A stretch of DNA of 54,407 nucleotides from Deltaproteobacteria bacterium (GTDB lineage: Bacteria; Desulfobacterota; Syntrophia; Syntrophales; UBA2210), in assembly GCA_026388515.1 (NCBI GenBank), contig JAPLJO010000167.1:1-54407 (forward strand). The letters are read 5' to 3'. The position numbers and the translations under genes are program-made. This document shows positions 8,619-19,444 of the stretch, in pieces. How positions within the stretch are numbered: position 1 is the first letter of the stretch; the number at the start of each line of letters is the position of its first letter. The notes beneath the pieces are model-generated. The model was given only the letters and a program-made list of their open reading frames with translations. It made no database searches and was not told where the DNA came from.

Positions 8619-11399
8619 ATGAGTAAAACATCAAGGGAAAATCATGAGGAGATAGTGGATAAGCATCGTTATATGCTGAAAAAATCTTTAAAGTCATCGG
8701 CGTCCACTAAGAATATTCAACAACTATTAAAAATCCCTGCCTTTACCAATATCGCAATTCTAATAATTGACGCCAGTTGCAGGATTATATTCTGCAACAG
8801 AGCCTATAAAAAACTTTCTGCGCACAAAGGCAAGGATAGCATCGGCACAGGCAAAAAACGGAAGTCCCCTCAACTGCAGGGAATTAAATCGGTCGCCGAA
8901 CTCATTGTTGAAGGTACAACACCCGCGAAAATCAAGCGTTACTATGGCGCACATGCCCGGCATGTCGAGTGTGCTGACGGTGAGTATAGCCTTGAGATAT
9001 TTCCCCCTCATCTTGGAGAGAGAGGGATGTGGCTGTTTTCCACGGCAGCACCCCTGACAGATAAAAAGGGAATTCTGATTGGTGCGGTGCAGACCCTGCA
9101 GGACCTCAACGCGAGAAAAAAGATCGAAGACGATCTGTTTGATTCCGAACAGAAGACGCAAACCATTCTGAATCAAATAGAAGACGGCTATTACGAAGTT
9201 GATCTCCGCGGTCATACGCTCTCCTGTAACGATGCGCTCTCCAGGATTTTTGGATATTCCCGCAGTGAGCTGATCGGAAAATCGTACAAGGTCATGATGG
9301 GCGACAAAGACTCGAGTGAGGTATTCAAGATATTTAACAGAGTGTACAAGAGCGGAAAACCTTTGAGTGCAATAGAAATGGAGATTGTCAGAAAGGACAA
9401 ACATCCAAGGATTATTCAGCTGTCCACTTCCCTGATGCGGGACGCTGAAGGCACGCCAACGGGATTCCGCGGCATCATCCGGGACGTCACGGACATGCGA
9501 AATGCAGAGCGTGCGTTGATTCAATATAAAGAGCGCCTTGAGGATCTTGTCCGTATCCGCACGAAAAAATTGCGAACGGCCAATAAAATGCTCAGGGATG
9601 AGATCAGAGAACGGGAAAAGGCGGAACAGAATCTGAGGCGGGAAAAGAATATTTCGGAAGATATCATCGAATCCATCCCATCTCTTTTCTATGTCATCGA
9701 TGAAAAATTCAAACTGATTAAGTGGAACAAGAATGTGGAGTTGGTGACGGGTTTTTCGCCGGATGAACTCCTGGGGATGAATACGCTGGAATTTTTCCGT
9801 AACGAAGACGTTCCCTTCGTAAGGGAGAAAATCAAGGAAACGTTCACCAAAGGACGGGCAACGGCGTATGTCAGTTATCGCGTCAGGAGCGAGATGATTC
9901 CCTATTTTTTCACCGGCGTGAGAACAATGATCAATGACAAGTATTATCAGGTGGGGGTCGGCATAGATCGGGCCGAACTGCAGGAGACCAGAGAGGCGCT
10001 GCAGGAAAGTGAAGCCCGCCTGAGCCTGGCCGCGGATTCCGCTGAAGCCGGCCTGTGGTCTTTGAATATCAACAGCGGTCATATCTGGGCCACCCTGAAA
10101 TCTCTGGAGCTGCACGGAGTTACTCCCGGCAGGGAAATAAACTTTGAGGGGTTGCTCGATATCATTCATCCCGAGGATCGCGCACAGTTTGCAGAGGCCG
10201 TTCAGAAGACCTTAAAGACAGGGCAGGACTTCAAGATTGAATACCGCATTCCACTTCCCGATGGAGGCATACGCTGGCTCGCCGCCCGGGGTCGCCAGCA
10301 TTCCACCGCAATGGAGGATACAGAGCGTTTGATGGGCGTATCCATAGATATTACTGAACGTAAACTCATGGAAGTGCAGCTTCAGGAACGCCTGAAAGAA
10401 ATCGAGAAACTCAAAGAGCAACTGGAAAAGGATAATGTGTATCTGCGCGAAGAGGTCAAGCTTCTTTTTGAGCACGAGAATATTGTCGGCGTGAGTAATG
10501 TTTTCAAGGAAGTCCTGGCCAAGGCCGAACAGGTGGCGCCGACGGATTCCACGGTACTTATTCTCGGTGAAACCGGCACCGGGAAAGAACTGCTTGCGCG
10601 GGCGATTCACCACATGAGCTGGCGGAGGGATCGGCCGCTGATAACGGTAAACTGTGCATCCCTGCCGCCGTCATTGATAGAGAGTGAATTGTTCGGTCGT
10701 GAGAAGGGCGCGTATACCGGAGCCTTGACAAGAATGATCGGGCGCTTTGAGGTGGCCGACGGATCGACTCTCTTCCTGGATGAGATTGGTGAGCTTCACT
10801 ATGAATTGCAGAGTAAACTTCTCAGAGTGCTTGAGATCAGCCAGTTTGAGCGCCTGGGATCGACAAAGACCATTCAGGTCAATGTCCGTTTTATCGCAGC
10901 CAGCAACCGGGATCTGTCCAAAGCGGTGAAAGAGGGGAAATTCCGGAGAGATTTGTATTATCGCCTGAATGTCTTTCCCATTGTGATTCCACCGCTCCGT
11001 GATCGTCGGGAAGATATTCCTGCCCTGATCTGGGCATTCGTGAAGAAGTTTGAAAACAGTCTGGGTAAAAAAATCGAGAGCATTCCTCAAAAAAGCATGG
11101 ATGCCCTCCTGCAGCATCAGTGGCATGGGAATGTTCGTGAGCTGAAAAATGTCATTGAACATGCAATGATCATGAGCAATAAAACCCTTAATGTAGCGCC
11201 GACGGGCTTGACTTCACAGGAAGATGTTGAGTATACCGATGACCTTGAAAATATCGAGCGCAGACATATCATCGGGGTGCTCAATAAGACCGGCTGGCGC
11301 ATTGCGGGGAAAAATGGGGCTGCCGATATGCTTGGACTGAAGCGTACCACCCTTATCTCAAAAATGAAGGTTTTAGGCATCACGCGGCAGAAAACATGA
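8619..11399 (+). CDS. Multi-PAS sigma54-dependent transcriptional activator (FhlA-like bEBP)
   Basis: Several PAS/PAC domains; GETGTGKE Walker [41 protein letters not shown]-terminal Fis-type HTH. Confidence 0.93.
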   Translation: MSKTSRENHEEIVDKHRYMLKKSLKSSASTKNIQQLLKIPAFTNIAILIIDASCRIIFCNRAYKKLSAHKGKDSIGTGKKRKSPQLQGIKSVAELIVEGTTPAKIKRYYGAHARHVECADGEYSLEIFPPHLGERGMWLFSTAAPLTDKKGILIGAVQTLQDLNARKKIEDDLFDSEQKTQTILNQIEDGYYEVDLRGHTLSCNDALSRIFGYSRSELIGKSYKVMMGDKDSSEVFKIFNRVYKSGKPLSAIEMEIVRKDKHPRIIQLSTSLMRDAEGTPTGFRGIIRDVTDMRNAERALIQYKERLEDLVRIRTKKLRTANKMLRDEIREREKAEQNLRREKNISEDIIESIPSLFYVIDEKFKLIKWNKNVELVTGFSPDELLGMNTLEFFRNEDVPFVREKIKETFTKGRATAYVSYRVRSEMIPYFFTGVRTMINDKYYQVGVGIDRAELQETREALQESEARLSLAADSAEAGLWSLNINSGHIWATLKSLELHGVTPGREINFEGLLDIIHPEDRAQFAEAVQKTLKTGQDFKIEYRIPLPDGGIRWLAARGRQHSTAMEDTERLMGVSIDITERKLMEVQLQERLKEIEKLKEQLEKDNVYLREEVKLLFEHENIVGVSNVFKEVLAKAEQVAPTDSTVLILGETGTGKELLARAIHHMSWRRDRPLITVNCASLPPSLIESELFGREKGAYTGALTRMIGRFEVADGSTLFLDEIGELHYELQSKLLRVLEISQFERLGSTKTIQVNVRFIAASNRDLSKAVKEGKFRRDLYYRLNVFPIVIPPLRDRREDIPALIWAFVKKFENSLGKKIESIPQKSMDALLQHQWHGNVRELKNVIEHAMIMSNKTLNVAPTGLTSQEDVEYTDDLENIERRHIIGVLNKTGWRIAGKNGAADMLGLKRTTLISKMKVLGITRQKT

Positions 11400-11434
11400 T
11401 GTCTATATATCGACACCATGTCGAATAATCGACA
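11400..11434. promoter_or_regulatory. Tandem palindromic upstream activator sequences (TGTC-N8-GACA x2)
   Basis: TGTCTATATATCGACA (11400-11415) and TGTCGAATAATCGACA (11419-11434). Confidence 0.65.
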
Positions 11435-11484
11435 TTTCCAGTGATTGTGAACCCTTCGTCCTGCCACCGTTTTTATATAGGATA

Positions 11485-11497
11485 TATCAATTATTTA
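11485..11497 (+). promoter_or_regulatory. IHF binding site
   Basis: TATCAATTATTTA matches WATCAANNNNTTR, has an AT-rich 5' flank, and lies between the UAS and the sigma54 promoter. Confidence 0.6.
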
Positions 11498-11534
11498 AGT
11501 ATGTTGCTTGCCTGAATCACATCTCCTCGCCTCC

Positions 11535-11550
11535 TGGTACAAATTACGCA
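11535..11550 (+). promoter_or_regulatory. Sigma54 (-24/-12) promoter
   Basis: TGGTACAAATTACGCA has GG-N10-GC spacing. Confidence 0.6.
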
Positions 11551-11740
11551 TATACAATACCTCATCAACGTACAACCGGCGACGGGAAGCATCGCATGTG
11601 GAGAAATTTGCCAAAGAAAATCTTAAATGCGCACCACCCGATAGTTGCCCTGTCCTTTATGCCGGTGTCGGCGCGTATAAACGATTAGTGTAAACCATGT
11701 CGTATGACCGCATCAACGCACGCAACCGGAATGGTGATAC

Positions 11741-12067
11741 ATGATTCACGCGACAGTAAAAATCGAGCTTAGCCCCGATAAACATGATGAGGCCCTGCAG
11801 ATATTACGTCCGATTGTTGACCGAATCAGAAACTCGAACAGCTGTATAAGCTGCTCCATCTATCAAGACATTGAGGAGGCGCATCTGATCGTGCTGGAAC
11901 AATTCTGGGAAAGCGAAGAGGGAATGACGCGTCACCTTCGTTCTCAGGATTACCAGAAGATTCTTATTGTTATGGAGATGGCGATGAAACCGCCGGAAAT
12001 CCAGTTCAACACTATTACAGGCTCGACCGGCGTAGAGACAATAGAAAAGGCAAGGATGAGCAAATAA
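11741..12067 (+). CDS. Antibiotic biosynthesis monooxygenase (ABM/YgiN-like) domain protein
   Basis: CISCSIYQD...LEQFWESEEGMTRHLRS pattern, 108 aa. Confidence 0.8.
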   Translation: MIHATVKIELSPDKHDEALQILRPIVDRIRNSNSCISCSIYQDIEEAHLIVLEQFWESEEGMTRHLRSQDYQKILIVMEMAMKPPEIQFNTITGSTGVETIEKARMSK

Positions 12068-12107
12068 TAATATCCGCGATACGCAGCCGGTAAAAGGGAG
12101 GCAAAAA

Positions 12108-12857
12108 ATGAGCAGCTTGATTTGGGCAGGAATTGTACTGGCGGTTCTCGTTTTCTGGATGTGGCTGGAGAGATGGAGGCTGCTTCAGCCTTCCGTTCCG
12201 TGGGCCCTGAAGATCGGGGTCAAGAAGTATGGATTGAAATATCTGTTGGACGGAAGAGGCCTGAACATCTTTGCCTATGGTCGCTTTTTACCCCATTATA
12301 TTGCGGTCTATCAGTGGTTTATGGTGCGAATGGGGGCAAAAGGAAAAAAATGGATGGCGGAGACATACCATGGCAAGGTTTTACCGACGGAGCTTGCAAA
12401 AGCCATCATCACGGTCGATCATAATATTCCCCTGCAGGACCTCGGCACAAGGATCATACCCTATGGAAAGGCCAGGGAGATCATGATGGAAGCGAATCCG
12501 GACATCGCTCTTACGCATTGCGCATGCAGAACGGCATCGGGAAAGAATTGCGGACCGAAAGATGTCTGCATGGCCATCGGACGGCCTTTCACGGATTTCG
12601 TCCTTGAGCACCAGCCGAAAACTACCCGACGGATCACCAAGGAAGAAGCCCTCAAGATCCTGGATGATGCGCACAAGCGCGGATGTGTGCACAATGCCTA
12701 TTTCAAGGATGCCGCGTTCGACCAGTTTTATGCCATCTGCAGCTGCTGCTCCTGCTGTTGTACCGGCATCATGGCCATGGGTCTTGGGATAGATATGGTA
12801 TGTGCATCCGGATACATTGCGGAAGTTGAAAATGTCCTCAACAGGCCAGGAAACTGA
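12108..12857 (+). CDS. Membrane-anchored Cys-rich Fe-S protein lacking the C-terminal ferredoxin domain (possibly truncated)
   Basis: N-terminal TM; YHGKVL, IIPY, CACR, DVC, ICSCCSCCC; paralogous to 13780-14691 but ends after SGYIAEV. Confidence 0.7.
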   Translation: MSSLIWAGIVLAVLVFWMWLERWRLLQPSVPWALKIGVKKYGLKYLLDGRGLNIFAYGRFLPHYIAVYQWFMVRMGAKGKKWMAETYHGKVLPTELAKAIITVDHNIPLQDLGTRIIPYGKAREIMMEANPDIALTHCACRTASGKNCGPKDVCMAIGRPFTDFVLEHQPKTTRRITKEEALKILDDAHKRGCVHNAYFKDAAFDQFYAICSCCSCCCTGIMAMGLGIDMVCASGYIAEVENVLNRPGN

Positions 12858-12942
12858 TTTTAGGCGGCGAGCTTAAACCCATGGATGTTCGAACGCTGAA
12901 TTAAAAGAAGCACCGTTCAAGGATGACATCGATCTGAAGAGC

Positions 12943-13704
12943 ATGGATAAAAATAATTTCAGCACGGGATCAGGCGTACAGGAAAATAAAAAAAGCAGAA
13001 TCAGGACGATCGCCGCAGTTCTCCTGGTGGTCGGAATTTTCGTCTGTGGATATACCTGGCTGCTTGCCCCCTGGCTTCTGAACTGGGGAACAACCGCGGA
13101 AGAGGCAGTCAGGGTGCTGCCGGGCGATACATATGTGTCAGGCCCCACCAGAGTCGGGATGACACAGGCCATTACCATCGATACGCCGCCCGACAAAATC
13201 TGGCCATGGCTTGTTCAGATGGGACAGGATCGTGCAGGATTCTATAGTTATGAGAAGCTTGAAAGACTCTTCGGATTTGGCATCCATAATACCTACCGGA
13301 TCGTCCCGGAGTGGCAGAATCTTGAAGCAGGTGATTTCGTCAAATTCCATCAATGGGGCATAGGAATGCAGGTGGTCTCCGTGGAAAAAGATAAGAACAT
13401 TTTGATGGTGACCGACTCACGAACGCCGATGAAAGATACTCCGGGGAAAAAAGAATTAAGACTTCCTCTTCCTGAAGGGATGTATATCGTGTGGGACTGG
13501 GATTTTAATCTCATCTCGCTCCCTGATAAAAAAACCCGACTCGTCATCCGTGCATTGGCCGGCTGGAGCGACATGAATCCGGTGATAAGCTGGATTCTTC
13601 AATTCGCAGTGGGTTTTCCAAGCTCGATTATGCAAATGCAGATGCTGAAGGAATTGAAACAATGTTCTGAAGGAACCCATCCGGCCCTTGCAGTAAATAA
13701 ATAG
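12943..13704 (+). CDS. SRPBCC/START-like membrane-anchored protein
   Basis: WGTTAEE...LPGD, TQAITIDTPPDKIWPWLVQMGQDRAGFYSY. Confidence 0.7.
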   Translation: MDKNNFSTGSGVQENKKSRIRTIAAVLLVVGIFVCGYTWLLAPWLLNWGTTAEEAVRVLPGDTYVSGPTRVGMTQAITIDTPPDKIWPWLVQMGQDRAGFYSYEKLERLFGFGIHNTYRIVPEWQNLEAGDFVKFHQWGIGMQVVSVEKDKNILMVTDSRTPMKDTPGKKELRLPLPEGMYIVWDWDFNLISLPDKKTRLVIRALAGWSDMNPVISWILQFAVGFPSSIMQMQMLKELKQCSEGTHPALAVNK

Positions 13705-13779
13705 CTGACTTTCATTATGCATTAAGAGAAATTAATCTTTTAGTAATAGAAACAGTTATCAACCACGCGAAAAAGGAGG

Positions 13780-14691
13780 ATGAAACCGATGAGAGGATCC
13801 ACAAGAAGGCTGATGGCCAAACATGGCTGGCGGATCGACAAGGCGATTCACAATTACATCTACTTTGCCTTTTATTATCCCTATGTCTGGACATTGACCC
13901 AGTATGCGGGGAAGCTGTTTCCGAAGACAACGTGGTTCAAACCGATAAACCCCATCCTGCGGATGATAACAAGTCGCTACCACGCCAAAATGCTCTCGGG
14001 CGGGGATGTCCAGCAGATACTCACCCTTAACGAAGATGTGGTTGCCACATCCGACAAGAACAAGCGGATCATTCCCTTTACCTATGCGCACAAAATCCTT
14101 TTCCAGAATCCGGACTATATTGCCGTTATGGATTGTCCCTGCAAGCGTTCACTCGGCGTGAAGGATCCGAAACTGCTCAATTCCTGTATCTGCGTGGGAA
14201 AGAACACGGCCGAATTCTGGGTGGATCGCTGCGGTAAAAAGTATCATGCCCGCAGGATAAATCAGAAAGAAGCACTCGATATCGTGACGAAGTTCAGAAA
14301 GATGGGTTATATCACCCAGATTTTTTTCAAGGTGGCCACAGGGGGAGCGGCGGGGGTTATCTGCAGCTGCCACAAAAGCAGCTGCCCGGAATTAAGGGCT
14401 CATCTGGCTATGAGGAAATGCGCGCCGGACCTCCGGATGACGGCCGATTCGGGGTACTCGATACGGCATGATGAGTCGATATGTAAGCACTGCGGCACCT
14501 GCGCCAAGATTTGCCAGTTTGAAGCCATTACGTTCAAGAATAACCGTGTGGAGTATGAAAGACGGAACTGTCTGGGGTGTGGTTTGTGTACGGAGCATTG
14601 TCCTCAAGGCGCCCTCAAGCTTTATCAGGATCCGGGGAAAGCAGTCCCCTTAAACATTGATATCGTAAAAAGAGAATATTTAAGCCATTGA
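13780..14691 (+). CDS. 4Fe-4S binding protein
   Basis: YHAKML, IIPF, CPCK, ICSC; C-terminal CKHCGTCAKIC and CLGCGLCTEHCP. Confidence 0.85.
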   Translation: MKPMRGSTRRLMAKHGWRIDKAIHNYIYFAFYYPYVWTLTQYAGKLFPKTTWFKPINPILRMITSRYHAKMLSGGDVQQILTLNEDVVATSDKNKRIIPFTYAHKILFQNPDYIAVMDCPCKRSLGVKDPKLLNSCICVGKNTAEFWVDRCGKKYHARRINQKEALDIVTKFRKMGYITQIFFKVATGGAAGVICSCHKSSCPELRAHLAMRKCAPDLRMTADSGYSIRHDESICKHCGTCAKICQFEAITFKNNRVEYERRNCLGCGLCTEHCPQGALKLYQDPGKAVPLNIDIVKREYLSH

Positions 14692-14706
14692 AATAAGGAG
14701 GGATCC

Positions 14707-16044
14707 ATGAGCGCTGAACCCAGCAAAAAGAAACAGGATGTGAAGAGCACACGCAATGAGTATGATGTCATCGTTGTTGGATCGGGTGTGGGAGGGACCA
14801 CCGTTGCGCGTGAGATGAGCCGGCGGGGAAAGAAAGTATTGCTGTTGGAGCGCGGGGGAAACTGGACCGCCCTCGGCAACTCTATGGCAAACCTGATGGT
14901 GATGCAATGGAGTCCTCTGATCTTCAGCAAGCAGTTGAGTGCCATATATTGCACATCCAACTATGGCGGCGCTTCCGTAGTCAGTTGCGGTGCTGCCGTC
15001 CCGCCGCCTAAAAAAGTGTTCGACAAAGTAGGCATCGATCTCAGCGTCGAAACCGAGGAAGCCCGCAGTGAGATGTGGATCAACAAGATGCCCGATGTGC
15101 TTGTGGGGCCAACCACGCTGCGCCTGCTTGAGTGCGCAAACGATCTTGGATACCACTGGACGAAGCTGGAGCGTTTTGTTGACGTGAACCGGTGTGTGCC
15201 GAACTGCTCCGACTGCATGCTCGGCTGCCCCCGGGGGGCCAAATGGACCGGCCGTATTTACGGAGACGACATGCTCAGAAACGGTGGAGATCTGCAGCTC
15301 AACACAAAAATCATGAACATCATCGTGGAGAACGGTAAGGCTGTCGGCGTCCAGGACAGCAAAGGCAAGAAATACTACGGCAAGAAAATCATACTGAGCG
15401 CGGGCGTGGGCAATGTGGGACTTCTCCGACGTGCGGGTCTTAATGAAGCAGGCAGGAGTTTTGCCGTCGATTATCTTCAATTCATCGGTGGCGTCATTCC
15501 CCATATGAATTCGGTGTATGAGCAGCCCATGACAATCGGCACCCAGGAACATTACGAAGAGGATGGATTCATCCTCGTACCTGTGTTTACCAACTGGTAC
15601 TTTCTTGCCATACTGCTCACGCTCAAAGGGCCGTGGCACTATTCGTGGTTAAAGAACGCCTTTCGCAGTACGGGTATCATGGTGAAGGTGCAGGACGAAC
15701 TGGCAGGAGAGATCTATCCTGATAATTTCTTTTATATGGCTTCCAAAACGCCGAGCGAGAGGGATAAAAAGCGGCTGAAAAAGGGAGCGGATATAGTAAA
15801 GCGGGTACTCAGGCGAGCGGGAGCGACGGACAATTCTTTTATGGAACTGCCGCCCATGGGGGCTCATCCTTCAGCCACATGCCGTATCAACGACACGGTG
15901 GACAAGAATCTTCAGACCAGAATTGAAAATTTGTACTGCTGTGACGCAAGCGTGGTGCCCGAATCGCTCGGTGAGCCGGTTGTCTGGACGGTGGTTGCTC
16001 TTGGCAAGCGTCTTGCCAAGCACCTGGACGCACAGCTTGCCTGA
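14707..16044 (+). CDS. GMC-family FAD-dependent oxidoreductase
   Basis: VIVVGSGVGG, YGGASV, CSDCMLGCPRGAKW, AHPSATCRI, NLYCCDASV. Confidence 0.85.
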   Translation: MSAEPSKKKQDVKSTRNEYDVIVVGSGVGGTTVAREMSRRGKKVLLLERGGNWTALGNSMANLMVMQWSPLIFSKQLSAIYCTSNYGGASVVSCGAAVPPPKKVFDKVGIDLSVETEEARSEMWINKMPDVLVGPTTLRLLECANDLGYHWTKLERFVDVNRCVPNCSDCMLGCPRGAKWTGRIYGDDMLRNGGDLQLNTKIMNIIVENGKAVGVQDSKGKKYYGKKIILSAGVGNVGLLRRAGLNEAGRSFAVDYLQFIGGVIPHMNSVYEQPMTIGTQEHYEEDGFILVPVFTNWYFLAILLTLKGPWHYSWLKNAFRSTGIMVKVQDELAGEIYPDNFFYMASKTPSERDKKRLKKGADIVKRVLRRAGATDNSFMELPPMGAHPSATCRINDTVDKNLQTRIENLYCCDASVVPESLGEPVVWTVVALGKRLAKHLDAQLA

Positions 16045-16141
16045 AACTCACGAGAGGGGAATGACCTCTCTTTACAATAAGGTCCTCGGGGACCTGGGTA
16101 TGGAAGACAAGATCATTGACTGACTGATTCAAGCGTTCCGT

Positions 16142-16176
16142 GGTGGGAGGGTCCGGACGAACCTCCCACCTTGTTT
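16142..16176 (+). terminator. Intrinsic terminator
   Basis: GGTGGGAGG-N11-CCTCCCACC followed by TTGTTT. Confidence 0.6.
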
Positions 16177-16356
16177 CCCGCCTGACTTCTATTCCCTGTT
16201 TACAATATGCTGTTTCAATTTCAGAGGGTATGCTGTGTCTGCCAGTACAATCTTCTGTAAACCCTGTGATCCGGTTGATTCTCGGGGACTTTTTTTACGT
16301 AACTTTAATTCCTGGTTGCTTATTCATTAAAAAATTATTTCTCCACAAATTTTTTC

Positions 16357-16409
16357 TTGACAAGAAGTTTGGATGTCTATTATATGGTGACGACTGACCA
16401 ATCAGTCAT
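16357..16409 (+). promoter_or_regulatory. Sigma70 promoter plus palindromic TetR-type operator
   Basis: TTGACA at 16357, AT-rich -10 region near 16378-16386, then GACTGA-CCAA-TCAGTC (16392-16407). Confidence 0.55.
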
Positions 16410-16486
16410 ATTTATTCGATTCAAAATATTTAAAGTAATTACAATACGTTAATATCTTTTTATTCAAAAAGACGGGGAGATTTGCA

Positions 16487-17089
16487 ATGGACAAAGCGCC
16501 CGCCAAAAGAGACATCATTCTGGATGCCGCCATACGGGTTTTCGCTGAAAAAGGATACTCTTCCAGCCGGACCCTGGACATTTCCAAAGAAGCCGGTGTC
16601 GCCTATGGATCTCTCTACAGCTATTTCAGCAGCAAGGATGAAATTCTTCTGTCCATTTTCCGGGAACGCTGGCGAATCCTCCTGGAGCGGATAGATCAGA
16701 TCAACCGCACCCTCTCGGACCCCGATGAGAGGTTTCTTGCCATCATCGACTTCATTTTTCGAAGCTACCAGCGCAATCCGGCCATGATGAAGGTCCTCAT
16801 CATGGATGTCCCGCGGCATAAGGAGTTTTACACCCCCGAGAACTGGAAATTATACAATGCTTTTTTTAAAGCACTGGCGGACATTTTCCGCGAAGGCCAG
16901 GAGAAAGAGATATACAATCGAAATATTTCCCCTTTAATAGCCACCTACTGCATATACGGTGCGGTTGACACAACCATCCGTCAATACGTCTACAACCCCG
17001 AATTCAATCATGAAGAGTTTCCCATCGAGCAGACCAGGCAGCAGATTGTTGGAATGCTGAAACAGGGTTATTCAAAAAGAGAGGTATGA
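16487..17089 (+). CDS. TetR/AcrR family regulator (FadR/YsiA-like)
   Basis: ILDAAIRVFAEKGY...ISKEAGVAYGSLYSYFSSKDEIL HTH. Confidence 0.92.
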   Translation: MDKAPAKRDIILDAAIRVFAEKGYSSSRTLDISKEAGVAYGSLYSYFSSKDEILLSIFRERWRILLERIDQINRTLSDPDERFLAIIDFIFRSYQRNPAMMKVLIMDVPRHKEFYTPENWKLYNAFFKALADIFREGQEKEIYNRNISPLIATYCIYGAVDTTIRQYVYNPEFNHEEFPIEQTRQQIVGMLKQGYSKREV

Positions 17090-18894
17090 AAATGGGCCAG
17101 AATATGTACAGGCGGGACGACCGGGATTTACGATTTGTCCTGAAAGAGCATCTGGATATCAGCCGGTTATTGAAGCTGGATCGGTACCGGGAATTTACAA
17201 TGGAGGATTTCGACATGATCCTCTCCCAGGCGCACCGGATTGCCGCCGACATTATCGCGCCGACATTTCAGGATGGAGATCGGGAAGGTTGCCGATTTGA
17301 GAACGGCCGGGTGACGGCACCACGGTCCTTTCACGATGTATGGCGAGTGTATCGTGAGGGATGCTGGTTCGCCCTTGCCTCAAAAACAGAATATGGCGGA
17401 CAGGGTCTGCCTCTGGTCATCGCGGAAGCGGCACAGGAATTTTTCATGAGCGCCAACTTTGCGTTCGGCTGCTATGCCGGCCTCGGGCCCGGGAACGCTT
17501 CGATGATCGAAAAATACGGGACACAGGCACTGAAGGATCTGTTTCTGCGCAAGATGTACGATGGCACATGGGGTGGTGGGATGTGCCTGACCGAGCCCGG
17601 GGTAGGATCGGACGCACATATGGTGACGACCAAGGCGATTCCTGACGGAGATTTATTCCGCATTCAGGGCACAAAAACTTTTATCACCTCCGGGGAGCAC
17701 GATCTCACGGAGAACATCATTCATCTGGTCATAGCCAGGATCGAAGGAGCTCCGGAAGGCGCCAAGGGAGTGTCACTGTTCGCCGTACCCAAGATCTGGG
17801 TCAACCCTGACGGTTCCCTGGGAGAGTCCAACGATGTTGCATGCGTCGGCATTGAACACAAGATGGGTCTTAACGGTTCAGCCACCTGTGTCATGAATTT
17901 TGGAGAGAACGGCGTGTGCCGGGGTCACCTGATCGGCAAGTCCGGGATGGGATTGGCCTACATGTTCGACATGGTGAACCTGGCCCGGATGGCCGTGGGA
18001 CTCGAGTCGGTGGCCTTCGGGGCCAACATCTACGCCAATGTCCTGGCGTACGCCAAAGAGCGGGTCCAGGGGGTTCCCTTCGGGAAGAAGGGGATCCGGG
18101 TGCGGATCGTGGAACACACGGATATCCGGCGGATGCTGATGAACATCAAGGCCCTGACGGAGGGACTGCGGGCACTTGTCTTCAAAGCCTATTTCATGGA
18201 GGACCTGGCCAGGGCGGCGGCCACGGAGGAAGAGCGGAAAACCGCACTGGGGCGGCTGGAGTTCCTGACGCCCCTGGTGAAGGCTTACGGCTCCGACCGG
18301 ATCTTCGAAATGGGCCGGGAGGGCATCCAGATCCTCGGCGGCTACGGCTTCACCAGGGAGTATCCCGTGGAGCAGTACACGCGGGACTGCAAGATCTTCT
18401 CCATCTGGGACGGCACGAACTACATCCAGGCGGTTGATCTCATCGGCCGGAAGCTCAACATGGAAGGCGGAAAGATTTTCCGGGACTGGAAGGACGAAGT
18501 CCTGGCCCTCATCCGGAAGGGACGGACAGAGAACCGCTATCCCGGCGAGTTCGCCCTCCTCGAGGAGGCCCTCGAGACCATTACGGAGATCGCGCTCCTC
18601 TACGACTCCCTGCTCAAAGAGGGGAAACCCGATCTCGTGCCCCTGACGGCAACCCGTTTTCTCGACTGCGTTGCCGAGGTGGCCATCGCCCACCTTCTGA
18701 TGGAGCAGGCCCTCCTCGTCGACGACAAGCTACGGAACCCGGCCACCGATCCGGCGGACCGGGCCTTCTACGAGGGGAAAATCCACACCGCCGGCTACTA
18801 TCTCAACAACTTCCTTCCCCAGGTCTTCGGGCGGGCACGCATCATCAAGCTCCAGAATGATTCGGCCGTCCGGATCCCCGAAGACAGCTTGTAG
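17086..18894 (+). CDS. Large (~600 aa) acyl-CoA dehydrogenase
   Basis: MCLTEPGVGSD, GTKTFITSGEHDLTENIIHLV, IEHKMGLNGSAT, QILGGYG, IWDGTN; start could be 17092. Confidence 0.92.
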   Translation: MKMGQNMYRRDDRDLRFVLKEHLDISRLLKLDRYREFTMEDFDMILSQAHRIAADIIAPTFQDGDREGCRFENGRVTAPRSFHDVWRVYREGCWFALASKTEYGGQGLPLVIAEAAQEFFMSANFAFGCYAGLGPGNASMIEKYGTQALKDLFLRKMYDGTWGGGMCLTEPGVGSDAHMVTTKAIPDGDLFRIQGTKTFITSGEHDLTENIIHLVIARIEGAPEGAKGVSLFAVPKIWVNPDGSLGESNDVACVGIEHKMGLNGSATCVMNFGENGVCRGHLIGKSGMGLAYMFDMVNLARMAVGLESVAFGANIYANVLAYAKERVQGVPFGKKGIRVRIVEHTDIRRMLMNIKALTEGLRALVFKAYFMEDLARAAATEEERKTALGRLEFLTPLVKAYGSDRIFEMGREGIQILGGYGFTREYPVEQYTRDCKIFSIWDGTNYIQAVDLIGRKLNMEGGKIFRDWKDEVLALIRKGRTENRYPGEFALLEEALETITEIALLYDSLLKEGKPDLVPLTATRFLDCVAEVAIAHLLMEQALLVDDKLRNPATDPADRAFYEGKIHTAGYYLNNFLPQVFGRARIIKLQNDSAVRIPEDSL

Positions 18895-18978
18895 GACGGA
18901 AGCCGAGCGAAGGCAGGAAGGACAACACCCTTAGGCCGCAAGGCAGGAAGGGATAATCCATTTCAGAGAGGAGATATC

Positions 18979-19437
18979 ATGGAGAAGCTGTTTTTCGAGG
19001 ATTACACCGTAGGTGAAACCATGAAATCCCCGGCCCGGACCATTACCGAGACGGACATCACCTTCTTTGCCATGCTCACGGGGGACTGGCACCCCATCCA
19101 TACGAACGTCGAATTCGCCAAGAAGGCTTTCTTCGGCGAGCGGATCGCACACGGCATGCTGACGCTCTGCATCGGCAGCGCCCTCATCTTCCGGCTGGGG
19201 CAGTACGTGGCCCTGCCCAAGTCCTTCATCGCCTTCTACGGCATGGACTCGGTGCGGTTCACCGGCCCCGTGAAGATCGGTGACACGATCCATTGCGAGG
19301 TCCTCGTGGAAAAGCTGGATGTGAAGGACGAAAAGTCGGGGATCATCGTGTCGAAGAATTCCATCAGGAATCAGAGAGGCGAGGACGTGGTTATCTACAC
19401 GACGCGGGCCCTGGTGGGAAGAAAGCCGCAGGGCTGA
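18979..19437 (+). CDS. MaoC-family (R)-enoyl-CoA hydratase/dehydratase
   Basis: RTITETD, GDWHPIH, FGERIAHGML, PVKIGDTI. Confidence 0.9.
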   Translation: MEKLFFEDYTVGETMKSPARTITETDITFFAMLTGDWHPIHTNVEFAKKAFFGERIAHGMLTLCIGSALIFRLGQYVALPKSFIAFYGMDSVRFTGPVKIGDTIHCEVLVEKLDVKDEKSGIIVSKNSIRNQRGEDVVIYTTRALVGRKPQG

Positions 19438-19444
19438 GAAGGAG

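Noticed and set aside
11508-11693. 61-aa ORF in the sigma54 promoter region
   Set aside because: Overlaps the promoter itself, has no RBS and no motifs
12855-12863. Possible selenocysteine readthrough of the TGA ending the Cys-rich Fe-S gene
   Set aside because: An in-frame TAG follows two codons later and no ferredoxin motif is visible downstream
16061-16123. 20-aa ORF MTSLYNKVLGDLGMEDKIID after the GMC gene
   Set aside because: The purine-rich tract abuts the ATG (poor spacing) and no family is recognised; may be a 3' gene relic but cannot be supported
16140-16397. 85-aa ORF between the GMC gene and tetR
   Set aside because: Spans a terminator and an AT-rich promoter; no RBS or recognisable content
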